Counted from the first letter of the stretch, positions 38,833 to 53,666 are shown. The stretch is 64,000 nt of DNA from Eledone cirrhosa (GCA_964016885.1 OZ024740.1:262136001-262200000); one strand, 5' to 3'. Notes: a model not told the origin generated them from the letters alone. A program made the numbers and translations.

Positions 38833-39220
38833 ACACACACACACATACACACACACACACACACACATGTATATATATATATATATACACGCACGGATAT
38901 AACACAGGCACAGCCCAAGTACACAGCACATAGCTCACATCTCATAAAAAGAAATGATGTAGGACAGAACAAAGGAGAGACACAATATAACAAATTTGTC
39001 ACTGAGGAGGTCACAGAATATTTGGCGAAAGAGTTTTGACCATAAATAAACAACCTTCCGGTTATTAGATTAACCGATTGGAAGATTATAATTATTTAAA
39101 GTAAAAATATAGGGTGCGTGTGTTTTTATTGGCAGCATGACCCTCCCAAATTATAACAATATCTGTTTGAACACTAGTTTTCAGATAAAAAATCTTGCAA
39201 AACAAATAAAAAAACGAAGT
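38230..39220 (+). mobile_element. Diverged Penelope-like element 3' part (relative of the 25462-27340 family)
   Basis: CIVCKLSPHINCKSRNVVYSI, DAMLWQITEA, same 3' end ttggcagcatgaccctcccaaa.tataacaatat. Confidence 0.8.
38998..39040 (+). ncRNA. Type I hammerhead motif (diverged homolog of 27089-27131)
   Basis: gtca-CTGAGGA-g-GTCA..TGGC-GAAA-gagt-TT-tgac. Confidence 0.6.
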
Positions 39221-39316
39221 ATATATATAGCACAATATAACGAATGCATGTATGTTTGTTTGTATGTATGTATGCATTATGTATGTATGTACATATATAT
39301 ATATCTATATACATAT

Positions 39317-39667
39317 TTGCGTGGGGACATAGAAATAATCGGATGGATACCCGATCGCGCGGTTCAACCACTGGGAGTGAAGGACCCCTAGCACTTGTCA
39401 GGGCATTCTTCTAGGAGAAGGCATCTCAGGAAACTGGGTTAACTCCGACATAAAACCTGCGTCTCAGTAGTTGCCGATGATGTTGATCTTTTCTTCTTTT
39501 CGGGTTATAGCTACTGTCGGTCAGAGAGTGGGATTGGCTCAGTGCACAGTCTTTCCTCACTTTAAAAAAATCTTTACGCACAGGCATTGCACGATGGCAT
39601 TAATTGATAATTATTAATAATATTATATCGAGCAATGGCCATACTCGGTAACGAGGGGTCGGCCATT
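39317..39667 (+). mobile_element. Non-coding retroposon, sister family of X
   Basis: Same ordered motifs (cactgggag..gacccctag, ctaggagaagg, gatgatgttgat, gagtgggattggct, ctcactttaaaa, gcacaggcattgc); 3' hairpin atggccatactcg-gtaa-cgag..ggccat; (ATGT)n tail 39668-39750. Confidence 0.65.
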
Positions 39668-39749
39668 ATGTATGTATGTATGTATGTATGTATGTATGTA
39701 TGTATGTATGTATGTATGTATGTATGTATGTATGTATGTATGTATGTAT

Positions 39750-40060
39750 GTTCTTCTGGTTTTATAATTTCACAAATCTTTTCCCAATAAAGAGAGAGTC
39801 GGCATTTAACATAGACACATGACTCTCTCATTTGAATTTACACAACATCAACTAGGTAGATTATGTATGCATGCATGTGTAGATATGGATGTTATTGTAT
39901 GTGTGGATGTGTATGTTTTGAGTTGTATGTGTGCATGTGTATATTCTTTGCATCTGTACATATGTATATGCAGTTATCAGATGCAACATTTTTGGAATGT
40001 TTTACGTATTTTTACTGTTCCATTAATGGATTGTACTTCTAATTTCCTAACTAGTTGTGT
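39750..40060 (-). mobile_element. R4/Dong LINE 3' end (5'-truncated)
   Basis: Matches 2823-3135; (TATG)n on both sides. Confidence 0.85.
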
Positions 40061-40086
40061 ATGTATGTATGTATGTATGTATGTAT

Positions 40087-40309
40087 GTCGGATCACTCTT
40101 GAGTGCTACTCGTAACATGCAACCTAGTACAACCTGTCGCATGGTCGGGTCGTCGGCGACTAAAGCGGCAACCCCACCAAATTTACTTGGTGAGGAGTGT
40201 GATTTTGGACACCCTGCAGAACACAAAACAAAACCTGACAAAGGGCACAAGAACTCATAACAGTCAACGGCCATCCAAAAGTGTGTAAATATACGAGGGG
40301 GAAGCCATC
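40087..40309 (+). mobile_element. Short family-X-related retroposon (5' module plus 3' hairpin)
   Basis: Aligns with 9146-9340, then ends cgagggggaagccatc plus (ATGT)n. Confidence 0.65.
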
Positions 40310-40320
40310 ATGTATGTATG

Positions 40321-40583
40321 TTTTCTCTTTCTCTTAATTTCGAGTATATTTTTTTGACCGGCCACCTTCCTGGTGGCAAGGTTGTAAAAGAAAAGAAATT
40401 GTCATCCCTTGAATCGCAAGAATGTTTTGCATATTTTGAAGGTGCCAGCTATCGCAGCCATTTGTAGACTATGAATTAGGGAGCTGCGCTTTTTGTCCGC
40501 AAATCCAAGTTCGGTCATACTTTGGTCCAAGCGGGTTGGTATATAACCCGTAGCACCAATAATGATGGGTATGAAGCTACGCA
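40321..40583 (-). mobile_element. Second R4/Dong-like family, 3' end
   Basis: FIPIIIGATGYIP..ELGF..LQMAAIAGTFKICKTFL is homologous to the C-terminus of the main Dong ORF; (TATG)n on both sides. Confidence 0.75.
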
Positions 40584-40595
40584 TGTATGTAAGTG

Positions 40596-40627
<32 letters not shown>

Positions 40628-41147
40628 TGTATGTATGTATGTATGTGTATATGTATGTATGTATGTATTTGGGCATAAATGTATGTATGTTTGTTTTTTC
40701 CATCTTAAAATAAATTACTGAGGGAAGCACTGAATATGACCTTTGCGGGTCCTCATAATTCGATGTCGTGTTAACACATGCCAGAGAATACTCTCTACTA
40801 GAGGCACTGAAAGATCAGCTGGTGATTGTATTAAGCCGGGTGGCGTGCTAAGAATAACATGGCTTGAAAATGTTTCTTTTATTATTTTATGCTGATTTCT
40901 TCTCAAGGATTTGTTAATAGCAAATCATGAGATACAATAGGAAATTCAAACAAAACATCGAAGTAAAACAACAATAAAATAAAATAAAAGATAAAATAAT
41001 TAAAACTTATTTTTTTCTGTTACATAATTTATTTTATAAATATTAAACAAATAACCTTCTCAAAATATAATTGATTTTCTTTATATATATTTTTCCGAAT
41101 TGCAGTTATTGCATCTGCAACTTCCTGCGCCTTAACAGACCTAATAA

Positions 41148-41545
41148 TAATTGTTTCTACTTTTGGCACAAGGCCAGCAATTTTTCAGTGCATTACTGGT
41201 ACTTTATTTTATCGACCCCGTAAGGATGAAAGGCAAAGTTAACCTCGGCGGGATTTGAACTCAGAATGGCAAGGGCCGTAACTCTATGCGTCAAGGCATG
41301 ACGTCCGACTCTCTACCGATACTGCCAAATGATTTCTAATTTTAGGTACGCGGCAAGAAAATATAGTTGGGGATAAGAGAGAAGTCAATTAAACCGATGT
41401 TAGTACTTGACAGGAACTTCATTTAATTAACTTTGGAAGGCTGAAAGCCGAAGTTGACCTCGGTGGGATTTGAACTCCAAGACCTGTAACTAAATGCTGC
41501 AAAATAGTTTGTTTGATGCACTAAAGATTATACAAAACTAGACCA
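41148..41545 (-). mobile_element. Two adjacent SINE copies (young 41148-41328, older ~41330-41545)
   Basis: Both have the gatttgaactc B-box complement and SINE body motifs. Confidence 0.75.
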
Positions 41546-41691
41546 CCCTTGACCTGTTGGGTCACGTTAACTTCAAATTATTTTTTTAAAATCATGTTCA
41601 CTTGAAAATATTTTTTAAATAATTAAAATATACACAGACGTGTATATAATGTGAAATGAAACTGAAAGGCCCATATATATATACGTGTGTG

Positions 41692-41734
<43 letters not shown>

Positions 41735-41855
41735 GTGTGTGTGTATATATATATGTGGGTGTTTGTGATCTATATACACTGGTCACACACACATATATAC
41801 ACACACACATATATATATACACACATATATACACACACACATATATACACACACT

Positions 41856-41897
<42 letters not shown>

Positions 41898-42003
41898 GGA
41901 ACCAGTAAGACCCCATTGGGGTCTTACTGGTTCCTATTACCCACTCTACTACCCTATGTATTGAGTACTTTGGTCCACCTGGTTCCTTACCACATTTCCT
42001 TCG

Positions 42004-42054
<51 letters not shown>

Positions 42055-42059
<5 letters not shown>

Positions 42060-42260
42060 GCACCAACAGCTCTCTCTCTCTTCCATTCTCCTTCTCTGTC
42101 TCCTCTCCCCCTCTCTGTGTCTCTCTTTCAATCTACTCTCTCACAACCAATATCTCTTTCTCTCTATCTTTCTCTCTCTGTTTATGAAGGTACCCGGAAA
42201 AACCCCATATCTCTGGAAAACGAGCAAGCACGCATTCACAGAATTTTAGTAGTATATAGA
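42055..42260 (-). mobile_element. Helitron-like 5' fragment
   Basis: Minus strand starts A|TCTATATACTACTAAAA; homologous to 23003-23295. Confidence 0.5.
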
Positions 42261-42269
42261 TTATTAAAC

Positions 42270-42797
42270 TTTCTAATATAGGCACAAATCTAGGAATATA
42301 GGACAATCATATCGACTCAAATTCGTTACTGGTGTTTTATTTTGCCGACTCTAGAAGTATGGAAGGCACAATTGAACTGAGAACGTACAATATTGTAACT
42401 AGATACTACAAAACATTTTGTCCGCCGGTTTAAAAATTCTACGAAATAATTCTTTATTCGTTTGTTTGTTTGTTTGCTTGTTTCTTTTTACTTGCTTTCT
42501 TTCTTTTATTTTTTCTTTCTTTCTTTCTTTCTTTCTTTATTTATTTATTTATTTATTCATTTGTTTATTTATTTATTTATTATTTTCTGTCATTCCTTCT
42601 TTCTTTCCTTCAGCTCTGTCTTAAGATCAGAGATTTGGGGGAAGGGAAAAGTCAATTATATATACCTCACTGGTACTTTAGTTTAGATACCCCGGAAGGA
42701 TGAAAGACAAAGTTCACTTGGGCGGAATTTAGAATATAGAGAGACAAAAGAAATACTTCAAAAGCATTTTAATAGACGCTCTAACGATTCTGCCAAT
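42270..42797 (-). mobile_element. Two old SINE copies separated by T-rich simple repeats
   Basis: Degenerate SINE motifs (ctggt.tttattttg.cgac, ggatgaaagacaaagtt, gacgctctaacgattctgccaa). Confidence 0.55.
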
Positions 42798-43151
42798 ACC
42801 TTTATATATATATATGTTTCTTATGTATAAACTTATGTTGGAATATTTTAATATAAATAGGTATCATTTAGTAAGGGTAGATTTTGTTTCATCGAACTAG
42901 AGGTGGCTTTGGTTGAGTTGGTATCCACAATGTTAAAGGAGTTTAACAGACATAATAATAATAATATATCTAGCCCAGGACAGAACATTTTTCGTGGAAT
43001 TGCAAATAACCATTTTTGATGATGTTATGCAGTGCATAATTCATTGATTCAACAGCTGATCAAAATAGAAATGAACTAACTAAACCGCTATTTTCGAAAA
43101 TATTTCTACACCATTATTTTTGTCACTTTGTTGTTGTTGATGTAGTTGTAG

Positions 43152-43207
<56 letters not shown>

Positions 43208-43535
43208 CTTCTTCTTCTTCTTCTTCTTCTTCTTCTTCTTCTTCTTCTTCTTCTTCTTCTTCTTCTTCTTCTTCTTCTTCTTCTTCTTCTTCTTCTTCTT
43301 CTTCTTCTTCTTTCTTTCGTAGACTTCATTTAGTGATTGCAACGATAACTCTAAAATAAAAAGGGGTAACAGAGTGGGGGCTTAGTGCAAGATTATTTTA
43401 GTTTAAAAAATATTCATATTAATTAAAATGACATGAATAATAATGATAATAGGGATGTTAAATATAGAAATACAAAAATAATACTAAAAATAACAAAGCA
43501 TTAATAATATTATAGAGGAAAATAAAAGTTGGTGA

Positions 43536-43954
43536 AAATCAAAAGGAATAAAGAGTAAAGTATGATGAAGGCGAATAAATACATACATACAGAGAAAATA
43601 ATGTAAGGGGCAAATGTACACATACACACACACATATACACACACAGGTGAACAAATACATACAGACAAAATAATGCAAAGAGCAGATGTACACACACAC
43701 ACATACACACACACACATAGACACACGCAGGTGAACAAATACATATACACATAAAAGTGTAAGGGGCAGAGATATACACCCTGATTCATACATTCACATA
43801 CATACACACACAGAGGTGAACAAACATGCACACAGAAATAATAATGTAACGGGCAGATGTACAAATACCCATATATATACATACACAGTGAGGGAGACAG
43901 GGGGGAGAGAGTGACACAGAGAGAGACAGAGCGAGAGAGGGGGAGAGAGAGGGG

Positions 43955-44042
<88 letters not shown>

Positions 44043-44110
44043 GGTGAACAAATAGAGCAGAAGTACATACACACATACATACACACAGGTGAATACATGC
44101 ATGCATACAG
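43536..44110. repeat. Degenerate minisatellite (~70-80 bp unit with caggtgaacaaa and taatgtaaggggca cores)
   Basis: Cores recur 5-6 times among CA/GA microsatellites. Confidence 0.65.
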
Positions 44111-44125
44111 ACTTAATAATCTATG

Positions 44126-44195
<70 letters not shown>

Positions 44196-44282
44196 AACAC
44201 ACATGCAGGTGTATAAATACATGTATACGGAAGAGGGTATACTTACACTTACATACAAACTTACATACAACACTTTGTACCT

Positions 44283-46495
44283 GCTCTTCACCACTACACC
44301 TGAAGTAGTTATCAGTTGTACTACTGAGGAACCTCTAGGCGACTCTGATCATGCTATGATCATTGCCAATCTGGCTCTTGCGGGCAGCAACAAAAACCAG
44401 AACCATCTCCAATCTGCTTGCTTTGATTGGAAGAAAGCAGATTGGAACTTGTACTGCACTGAGCTACAGTGCCTAAACTGGCATGAGTTATATAACTCTG
44501 GAGATGTGAACACTATACTCCGGAGCATCCTCGACTCAATATGGATAGCGTGTGTAGCATCAGTGCCACGTAAGCAGAAAAAAACCAAAAGTGCAATTTG
44601 GGAAACTTCAGCGGTCTGACTTGCCAGGAAAGAACGTCGGAATGCTGAACGGGAATATAAAATGCATAAATCAGATGCCAACAGAAAAAAGCGGAATAAA
44701 TCTTCCAACTATCTCAAGCAAGTGACAAAAAAGACAGTGCTTGAATTTGAACAGTGCATAGCAACCAATCCTGACTGTAAGGTGTTCTGGAAATATGTAC
44801 ATTCAAAGCTGGGACCTCACTCTCCAGTTGGTCCTCTTCGCAATCCCCACACAAGCCAGATCACTGACGATCCCAAAGAATGCGCAGAACTCATTGCTGA
44901 GTGCTATGCAAGCATTTTTACTGTTGAAAACCAGAATGTACCATCTCAACCATCTCTAACATCAAATTCCATAACAACTATGCTGCGACGTCACCTTGAG
45001 AATAGGCGCAACTATGCCTCCCCTGCTTCTCAAACGTGGCGGGTACTTCCCTTTGCACCAGCTTTCTTTCTTCTTTCAATACTGTCTCAACAATGGTGCT
45101 ACTCCGGAGCAGTGGAAAACTGCCAGTGTCATTCCTCTGTTCAAAAAGGGCGACCACACGTCACCTGTCAACTATCGTCCAGTCAGTCCTACTAGCTGTA
45201 TTGCCAAACTGATGGAATACTGTGTCAGAGAAACACTTTGGAACTTCTGGAGCTCTCACAGCTTCATCCGGCCCTCGCAATTTGGATTTAACCCTAACTC
45301 CAGCTGCTGTGATCAGCTTATCGAGTTCCTTGAAGACATTACCCTGATCACTGACAGAGGCTCATGAGTGGTTGTTGTTTACCTTGACTTCGGTAAGGCT
45401 TTTAATTCTGTGCCACACAAAAGACTTATGGCGAAACTCTCTGCAATGGGTGTGAGGGATGATCTTTTTAACTGGTTAAAATCCTTCATTCTCAGCCGAA
45501 AAAAGGTAGTCACGGTTCTAGGACAGCATTCTTCACCTTATGAGATGTCATCTGGTGTACCACAGGGATCTGTTCTTGGTCCCCATTTGTTTGTGGCATA
45601 TATTAATGACATAGATGCCAACTTAAAGAATGCCACGGTACTGAAATATGCAGATAACATCAAGCTGTACCTTGAAGTAAAAAGGACAGATCCTGAAATC
45701 TATAACTCTTTCCTACAATCAGACCTGGACACAATGCAGCAATGGATCACAGACTGGCAACTGAAGCTGGCTGTGGACAAGTGTACCACTATGCATTTTG
45801 GGAGGAAAAATCCAGCGTCCACATACTCCTTCCACAACACTGATATCAAGAAGTCCTCTTGTGAAGCAAGACCTTTGTTAGCCGCTGTCCAGCCATCTAT
45901 TTAAAGCTGTATACAGCTATGGTACGACCACACTTGGAATTCGCATCATCAGTCTGGAACCCCTATCTTGCTCAGAATATTGACTTCCTGGAAACTGTTC
46001 AGAGACGTCCAACCAAGCGCATACCCACCATCAGACACCTACCATACTCTGAACACCTTGCTTCCCTAGGCATGGATTCATTGAAGCTCCGACGTCAGGC
46101 AATGGACTTGGTAAACACCCACAAAGTTATTAACCATCTCGCCAACAACAACCCGGAGCACCTTTTTGATTTTCATGTGTCTAACACACGTGGACATGCC
46201 TACAAAGTCAGAAAACAGCACAGCTCCCATGACTTTCACGCTTAGAGTTACGGAAGCATGGGACAAACTGCCTGCGTCAGTTGTTAACTGCCGAGACATT
46301 GCATCCTTTAAAACCCTCATGCTTCCCGAAATTCGCCAAAACTATACCTGATGTCCCCCCTTCCATACACATGCTCACATGTGTGTATCATGACTCATGC
46401 ACTGTTCATTTTCCTGACGTTTGTACATTACCCTATGTACTATACATACACTTTTCATGAGTTGTAGTGCACCTATATTTTCATTATTATTATTA
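44283..46495 (+). mobile_element. CR1-type LINE, 5'-truncated, frameshifted
   Basis: APE end PLGDSDHAMI; RT motifs NYRPVS.TS, YLDFGKAFNSVPH, SGVPQGSVLGP, KYADNIKLY, VRPHLEFASSVWNP, TRGH; (ATT)n tail. Confidence 0.9.
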
Positions 46496-46777
46496 AACAC
46501 ACACTACCCAAATCGACATACATATATATGTAAATATTTGTGTGGGAGTGTGTGTTTGTGTTAGTGTGTGTTTGTGTTTGTGTGTGAGTGTGTGTTTGTG
46601 TGGGAGTGTTTATAGATTCTCGGAAGTACATGAGATAATTGGTACGAACACATCAAAGACAAAAGAGCGGCGAGCTTTATACTTGAAAACATGACCTCAC
46701 TGGACCTATACGATATGTTCCTCACCTATAGTTAGCGCTGGCCATGCAAACATGCATACATATATCTCTCTCTCTCT

Positions 46778-46882
<105 letters not shown>

Positions 46883-46889
46883 GAACACT

Positions 46890-47930
46890 GGAAGGTAATA
46901 TCTGTATTGATAGAGCACTCAGTCCATGGGACGATTTAGGTAGAAGTGGTAACACAACAGTTAGTTCACCATACCGAGAACAATTGTTTCACCTTAGCGG
47001 ATCCTCAGAACGTAATGGTCATGGTTATACGGAATAGGAAGAACAACCGTATGACGCGCATGCGCAGAAACGCTTACTTCGCCCAAGCAATGGAGAAACT
47101 GCGGGCGAAATGTGTAAGGGACATAACTGCGAAAGTCCGAAAAGTAGTTCGAGTTGATAAGAAAATTAGAATATTGTTGTTATTCAATCCGGAGCTTTGT
47201 AGTTATGTAAAAGGTGTTTCCAGACACGTGGACAACGTGTGAAGATTTCATATTTTGAATTTAGGCAATCGCTATTGCGTAATCTCCTTAGAATATTTAT
47301 CCGTTCGTCACACACAGTCCACAAGACGGATTGCCCCTTGCGCATAGCTTGGACTTAGTGATGGCATTCCATTGAATGGAGTAGTCTATACTTGAGTCCT
47401 TGAGGGACCATATGTGGCTCGCGAGCTTCGTGGATGATCGTTTGTCCGGGTATCTAAAGGTCGAATGATGATTTAGGAAGCGTTCCTTAAATCGGCCCTC
47501 CGCCATACCCACATAGGATTTGACCTCTGTGGTTGATTTGGTCGGTTGGAAGTGACCACAGCTTCATAAACTACAGCGGGTGTATTGCACTTCTGTTGAA
47601 GGGGACAAGCTTCAGGCTTTCGGCAAGAGCACAGTGGTGGGGTGCTGCTCTTAGGGCTGTTGGTGATGTGGGCCTTCATATTCTCAGCGCAGGAGTACCC
47701 TAGTTTTACTCTGGGTCTGTTAAACATGGAGCGGTATTTGTGACCTATGGGAAAGTGTCTATCTAAGAGGGCTAAACATTTTTTTCCTACATTATTTTTA
47801 ACGTTGAGTGAGAAGGGAGGAGAGAACCAGATAATTTGTCTATTGTTACGATTTCTTTTCTTATTGCTGTTGTTGTGTGTGCGTGTGTGCGTGTGTGTGA
47901 CTACGTTTTCATTTCTGTCTGTATTTCTGT
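46890..47930 (-). mobile_element. Penelope-like element 3' part (GIY-YIG plus terminal region)
   Basis: RQIIWFSPPFS, CSCRKPEACPLQQKC, GMAEGRFKERFLNHHSTF, CGLC; hammerhead-like CTGAGGA-tcc-gctaa-ggt-GAAACAATTGTT at ~46974-47012(-) with poor stem I. Confidence 0.85.
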
Positions 47931-48439
47931 TTATATCCCGTAAAATATCGATTCGAAAAAAACAAAGCCCCCAAAAACGAGATCTAAAAATCAAGTACCA
48001 AACTTGAACAAATATTACCCGAGGTTGATGTGGTTGAAATGGGGTATGTATATGTGGGTGACAAAGTAGCACATCTACCTAGGTTCGTACTAAATTGTCT
48101 GCAAAGGCTATATTATCCCGACAATCCAGTTACTCCTTGCCTACATACATAGAACTTTGGGCAATTGGAAGGGGTCCATTTATTTTTAACATTAGCACCG
48201 TTTTTCAGTTGTACATGACGTATTTGTTGAGGGCCTGGTATAATTTCTCTCTATTTGAAGAGCAGCATACAACTGTCACTTGCAATTGATTATAACTTGA
48301 TATTAATTATCTTCTATATTTACACTAATGGATTCATGTATCCATAGAGTCGCGAACAGAGACAAACCACTTCTCGACCCTTCCTACCTTGCTCCAGTAG
48401 AACATCTAGGATGTAACAGCTGGAAAGATAAAGGGCTGC

Positions 48440-49330
48440 ACCTACATTGGGTTGGTACTTTTCCTTATCGACCTAGAAATGATTAAAGGCAAAGTGTGCC
48501 TAGGTGTGATTTGAACTGTAGAGAGTCGGAAGTAATATCAACGCTCTACCGACGATTTGGAAATATTAGGAACATGAATAACATGTTTATTTGTCTGACG
48601 TCAATTGATCTGATCAACCATTGATGGATACCACTGATCATAGAAAATATAATCAAGATATTATAATCAGGATATTATATCAAGATATTATAATCAAGGA
48701 TGAAAGACCTCGGCGGGATTTGAACTAAGATGGTAAAGGGCCATAACTCTATGTTTCAAAACATGGTGGTGACGCTCTACCAATACTGCCAATCCACCGG
48801 TTTTCATTTAGACACAAGGCCATCTATTTGGTTTTATTTTGTTGTTTTGGTTGAGGAGAGGGGAAAATCAACAAAGTCGACTCCCCAGGGCATTCTACTA
48901 CTTTATTTTATCAACGCTGTAAGGATGAAAGACAATGCTATCCTCGGCGGGATTTGAGCTCAGATACTTCGTTAATAAAGCTTTCTGATTTAAACACAAG
49001 GCCAACAATTTGGGGGTAGGGGAAGGTTTATTAAATCGACACTAGTGCGTTACTGGTATTTTATTTTATCGACCCCGTGAGGATGAAAGGCAAAGTTAAC
49101 CTCCGCAGAATTTGAACTCAGAATGTAAAGGGCCATAATTATATGCCGCAAAGCTTATTGTCCGACGCTCTTCCAATTCCGCATCTACCGCAATCGACCG
49201 TATTTAATGGTTTCTGATTTAGGGACAAGGCCAACAAGTTTGGGGCTTGGAAAATTCGCTTAAATTGACCCCAGTGAGGTACTGGTACATTAGTTTAGTT
49301 ATCCTTGGTGGGATTTGAACTCGGATACTG
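48440..49330 (-). mobile_element. Cluster of about five head-to-tail SINE copies/fragments
   Basis: Repeated gatttgaac, gacacaaggcca and ggatgaaaggcaaagt motifs. Confidence 0.7.
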
Positions 49331-49908
49331 ACTTAAAAATGATAAAGTAATAAAAACAATTAAGAAAAAATAAAATACCAAGGTGAACTGTACCTAACTA
49401 GGTGTATGAAAGGGCAATTGAGAAAAGCAATGACGTCATAGTAATATTTCATAAGAGAAACTAGTAATTGTTATTTTGTTGTATTAACATTTTTAAGGAA
49501 ACAACATCAAGAGAAATTAAGAGGTCAACTAGTGGAAGTAACAACAGTATACATTTAGTGGGTCTGGGAATAAAATAAATAGACTTAAACAAAAGAGATT
49601 ACAAGAGCGGGAGAGAGAGGCAGAGAATATGAAGGTGTTAGGAAAGGGAAAACAATAGAAAGTGATTGAAAAATAGTCTTGTTAGAAGGGAGAGAGAGTA
49701 AGGAGGACAGAGAGTGGGAGAGAAGGAGGAGTGAGGCGAGAGAGGGGGAGTGAGAGAGGGAGAGAGAGTGGGAGAGAGAAGGTGTAAGAAAATGGAAACA
49801 ATAGAGAGTGAGTGAAAAACAGGCTTGTTAGAAGTGAGAGAGAGAATGAGTGAGTAATTGTCAGAGAGAGAGAGAGAGAGAGAGAGAGTGAGAGAGAGAG
49901 AGATAGAG

Positions 49909-49942
<34 letters not shown>

Positions 49943-50096
49943 ACAGAGAGAGTGTGTGTGAGAGAGAATGGAAGGGAGGAAGAGAATATTTCAATATAAA
50001 CAGAGTAGAAGAAAGAAAAGTTTCAAACAAAGAATGGCAACAAACAACAACAAAACAAAACAAGCGAAATTTTAAAGATTTTAAATTGAGACATAC

Positions 50097-50166
<70 letters not shown>

Positions 50167-50220
50167 AGGGAAGGATAGAGGGTTCAGATGCAACAAGTAT
50201 CATATATATTGTATATATAT

Positions 50221-50276
<56 letters not shown>

Positions 50277-50741
50277 TAAATTCATGTGTGTGTACGTAGA
50301 AGCATATGTGTGTGTATATATATATATATATATACGTATATACATGTGTGTGTGTATGTGTGTATATTTGTGTGTATGTATGCATGCATATAATTTTTTG
50401 TTTTAAATGCCTTTTTAAAAGGTCAAAAGTATTAAGAATAAAAGAAAACACGAATTTGTAATCTAAAAAATGGATTGAAAGAAGAATGTGATTTGAATCG
50501 TGAAAATTAGAAAACATACAGATATATATTGAAACACACACACACACCTGTGCTCGCACGCAGCCATACACATATACACACGTGCGCTGGCGTAGGTATA
50601 CATATGCAAAAGTATATATATATATATAGAAAAGGGAGAGCGAGAGAGAGAGAGAGAACGGTGGAAGATATATATTTATACAAACACACACTCCTATGTA
50701 CAGACACATATACTTACATACATATATATAGATATACACAA

Positions 50742-50816
<75 letters not shown>

Positions 50817-50875
50817 GAGTGAGAGTAAGAGAGAAAGAGAGCGGCGTTATGTCAAACATGCATAGAACCAGTCAA

Positions 50876-50950
<75 letters not shown>

Positions 50951-51355
50951 CATGTATATATATTAATATATATACATATATATATACATGTATGTGTATA
51001 TATATACTAGTGTATTTTTAAAAAGTTCTTTTGACGAAAATACAAACATAACTGCAGGTGTCAGTTAGTACATACAATTTCCAGAACAAAATTTTATTTT
51101 TTGAAAAAAGCTACACAAATGCCAACGGCAGCAGCAGCAACAGCAGTAACAACAACATCAACAACAACAACAAGAACAACAACAACAAAAACAAGTACTG
51201 TTTTAATAATGGTAACAGGAAGTGCAGCTGCAGCTGCAGCAACAATAAATAACAATAGTTGCAGCCTCTACCCGATTACAATTCTACCGTCATTAATACC
51301 ATTGCAAACCTACCCAAACAACAGCAGCAACAACAACAAAAACAACAACTACAGC

Positions 51356-51405
<50 letters not shown>

Positions 51406-51497
51406 CTACTACAACAGCAATAACTACGAAGCTGCAAAAATATATGAAGGGAAACAACAACAGCAAGACAATAATACTTGAAGAAGAGGCATAAAAA

Positions 51498-51667
51498 ATA
51501 ATTGTTTCTACTTTTGGCACAAGGCCAGCCAATACCCAGTGCATTACTGGTACTTTATTTTATCGACCCCGTAAGGATGAAAGGCAAAGTCAACCTCGGC
51601 GGGATTTGAACTCAGAATGGCACTCTATGCGTCAAAGCATGGCGTCCGACCCTCTACCGATACTGCC

Positions 51668-51668
<1 letters not shown>
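51498..51668 (-). mobile_element. tRNA-derived SINE, young subfamily
   Basis: Near-identical to 41148-41328. Confidence 0.85.
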
Positions 51669-51733
<65 letters not shown>

Positions 51734-52531
51734 GAGTAGTAGTAGTAGTAGCAGCAGCAGCAGCAGCAGTAGAAGAAGAAAAAGAAAAAGAAAAAGAAAA
51801 AAAAGGAGAAAAAAAATAATAAGAATAAGAAGAAGAAAAAGAAGAAGAAGAAGAAGAAGAAAAAAAGAAGAAGAAGAAGAAGAAGAAGAAGAAGAAGGAA
51901 AAAAAGAAGAAGAAGAAGAAGAAGAAGAAGAAAAAAAGAAGAAGAAGAAGAAAAAAGAAGATGAAGAAGAAGAAAAAAGAAGAAGAAGAAGAAGAAGAAG
52001 AAGAAGAAGAAGAAGAAAAGAAGAAGAAGAAGAAGAAGAAGAAAAGAAGAAGAAGAAGAAAAGAAGAAGAAGAAGAAGAAGAAGAAGAAGAAGAAGAAGA
52101 AGAAGAAGAAGAAGAAGGTGGTGGTGGTGGAGATTAAAAAGAGAATCAACAACAATAAAAGCAGGGAGAACAAAACAAAATATAAGAACTACAAGACTGA
52201 CGATGATGACGGCAGCAGCAATGGACGATGGTACAACAACAACAACAACAACAACAACAACCAACATAGCATCGACAACAACAACAGCAATGACAACAAC
52301 AAAAGCAGCAAGACCACCAGCACCATCAATAACAAAAATAACAGCAACAGGAAGAACAACACTTTCAACAACAGCAACAGCAACAACAACACTATCAATA
52401 ACAGCAACAACAACGACAACAACACTGCTATCAACAACGGCAACAATAACAACAACAACAACACTATCAACAACAACAACACTATCAACAACAACAACAA
52501 CAACATTATCAACAACAGCAACAACAACATT

Positions 52532-52568
<37 letters not shown>

Positions 52569-52690
52569 CTATCAACAACAAGAACAACAACACTATCAAC
52601 AACAACAACAGCACTATCAACAACAAAAACAACAACACTATCAACAACAACAACACTATCAACAACACTATCAACAACAGCAACAACAGG
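51669..52690. repeat. Compound trinucleotide array (TAG)n-(CAG)n-(GAA)n-(GGT)n-(CAA)n with acactatcaacaaca higher-order units
   Basis: Direct inspection. Confidence 0.9.
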
Positions 52691-53005
52691 AATATTAGTA
52701 ATAAGTTTATATGAAAACATGTGAATGGAAACATTTAGAAATAAACTGAATTAAAGCCAACTTAAAATACGTCATGAAGTAATTAAAGAAATATATATGT
52801 TCAATATAAAACTAATAATGCTTTCTTTAATAATAATAATAAATGTGAGGAATGAATGGAAATATGTGAAACTATGTATGTATGTATGTATGTATGTATG
52901 TATGTATGTATGTATGTATGTATGTATGTATGTATGTATGTATGCTCGTGGTAAGCATGTATGTATGCTCGTGTGCATGTATGTGTGAACGTAAGTAAGT
53001 ACCTA

Positions 53006-53071
<66 letters not shown>

Positions 53072-53167
53072 CATACATACATACATACATGCACACGTGC
53101 ATACATACATATATATATATATATGTATGTATGCACGTGTGCATGTATGTGTGGACGTAAGTATGTA

Positions 53168-53303
<136 letters not shown>

Positions 53304-53616
53304 TCCGTTATATACAATTACGAAACAAAACAGTAGTGAGTAGTAAAAACACGAAAATAATTAAATTAATATTCAGAGAAGCAAAAAGAATGAGAGAGAG
53401 AGAGAGGGAGAGGGAGGGGGAGAGAGAGAGAGGATACGGAGAGAGGGGAGGAGAGTGAATGTGAGAGGGAATGAAAGAGAGGGACAGAGGGGAAAGAAAA
53501 AGAGAGGGAAAGAGAAATAGAAATAGTCTGTATATAAAAATGTTGACAAGTGATATTGATGGCCAGAGAAATTTGCCAAAATATAATCAAAAATATAATC
53601 AACACTAAAACAATAA

Positions 53617-53666
<50 letters not shown>

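Noticed and set aside
46946-47242. 98-aa plus-strand ORF
   Set aside because: Lies antisense to the terminal region of a Penelope-like element; no recognisable domain
51606-52724. 372-aa Ser/Arg/Glu/Thr-rich ORF resembling a mucin or protamine
   Set aside because: Starts with TTG inside a SINE and is made entirely of triplet repeats; no domain or splice evidence
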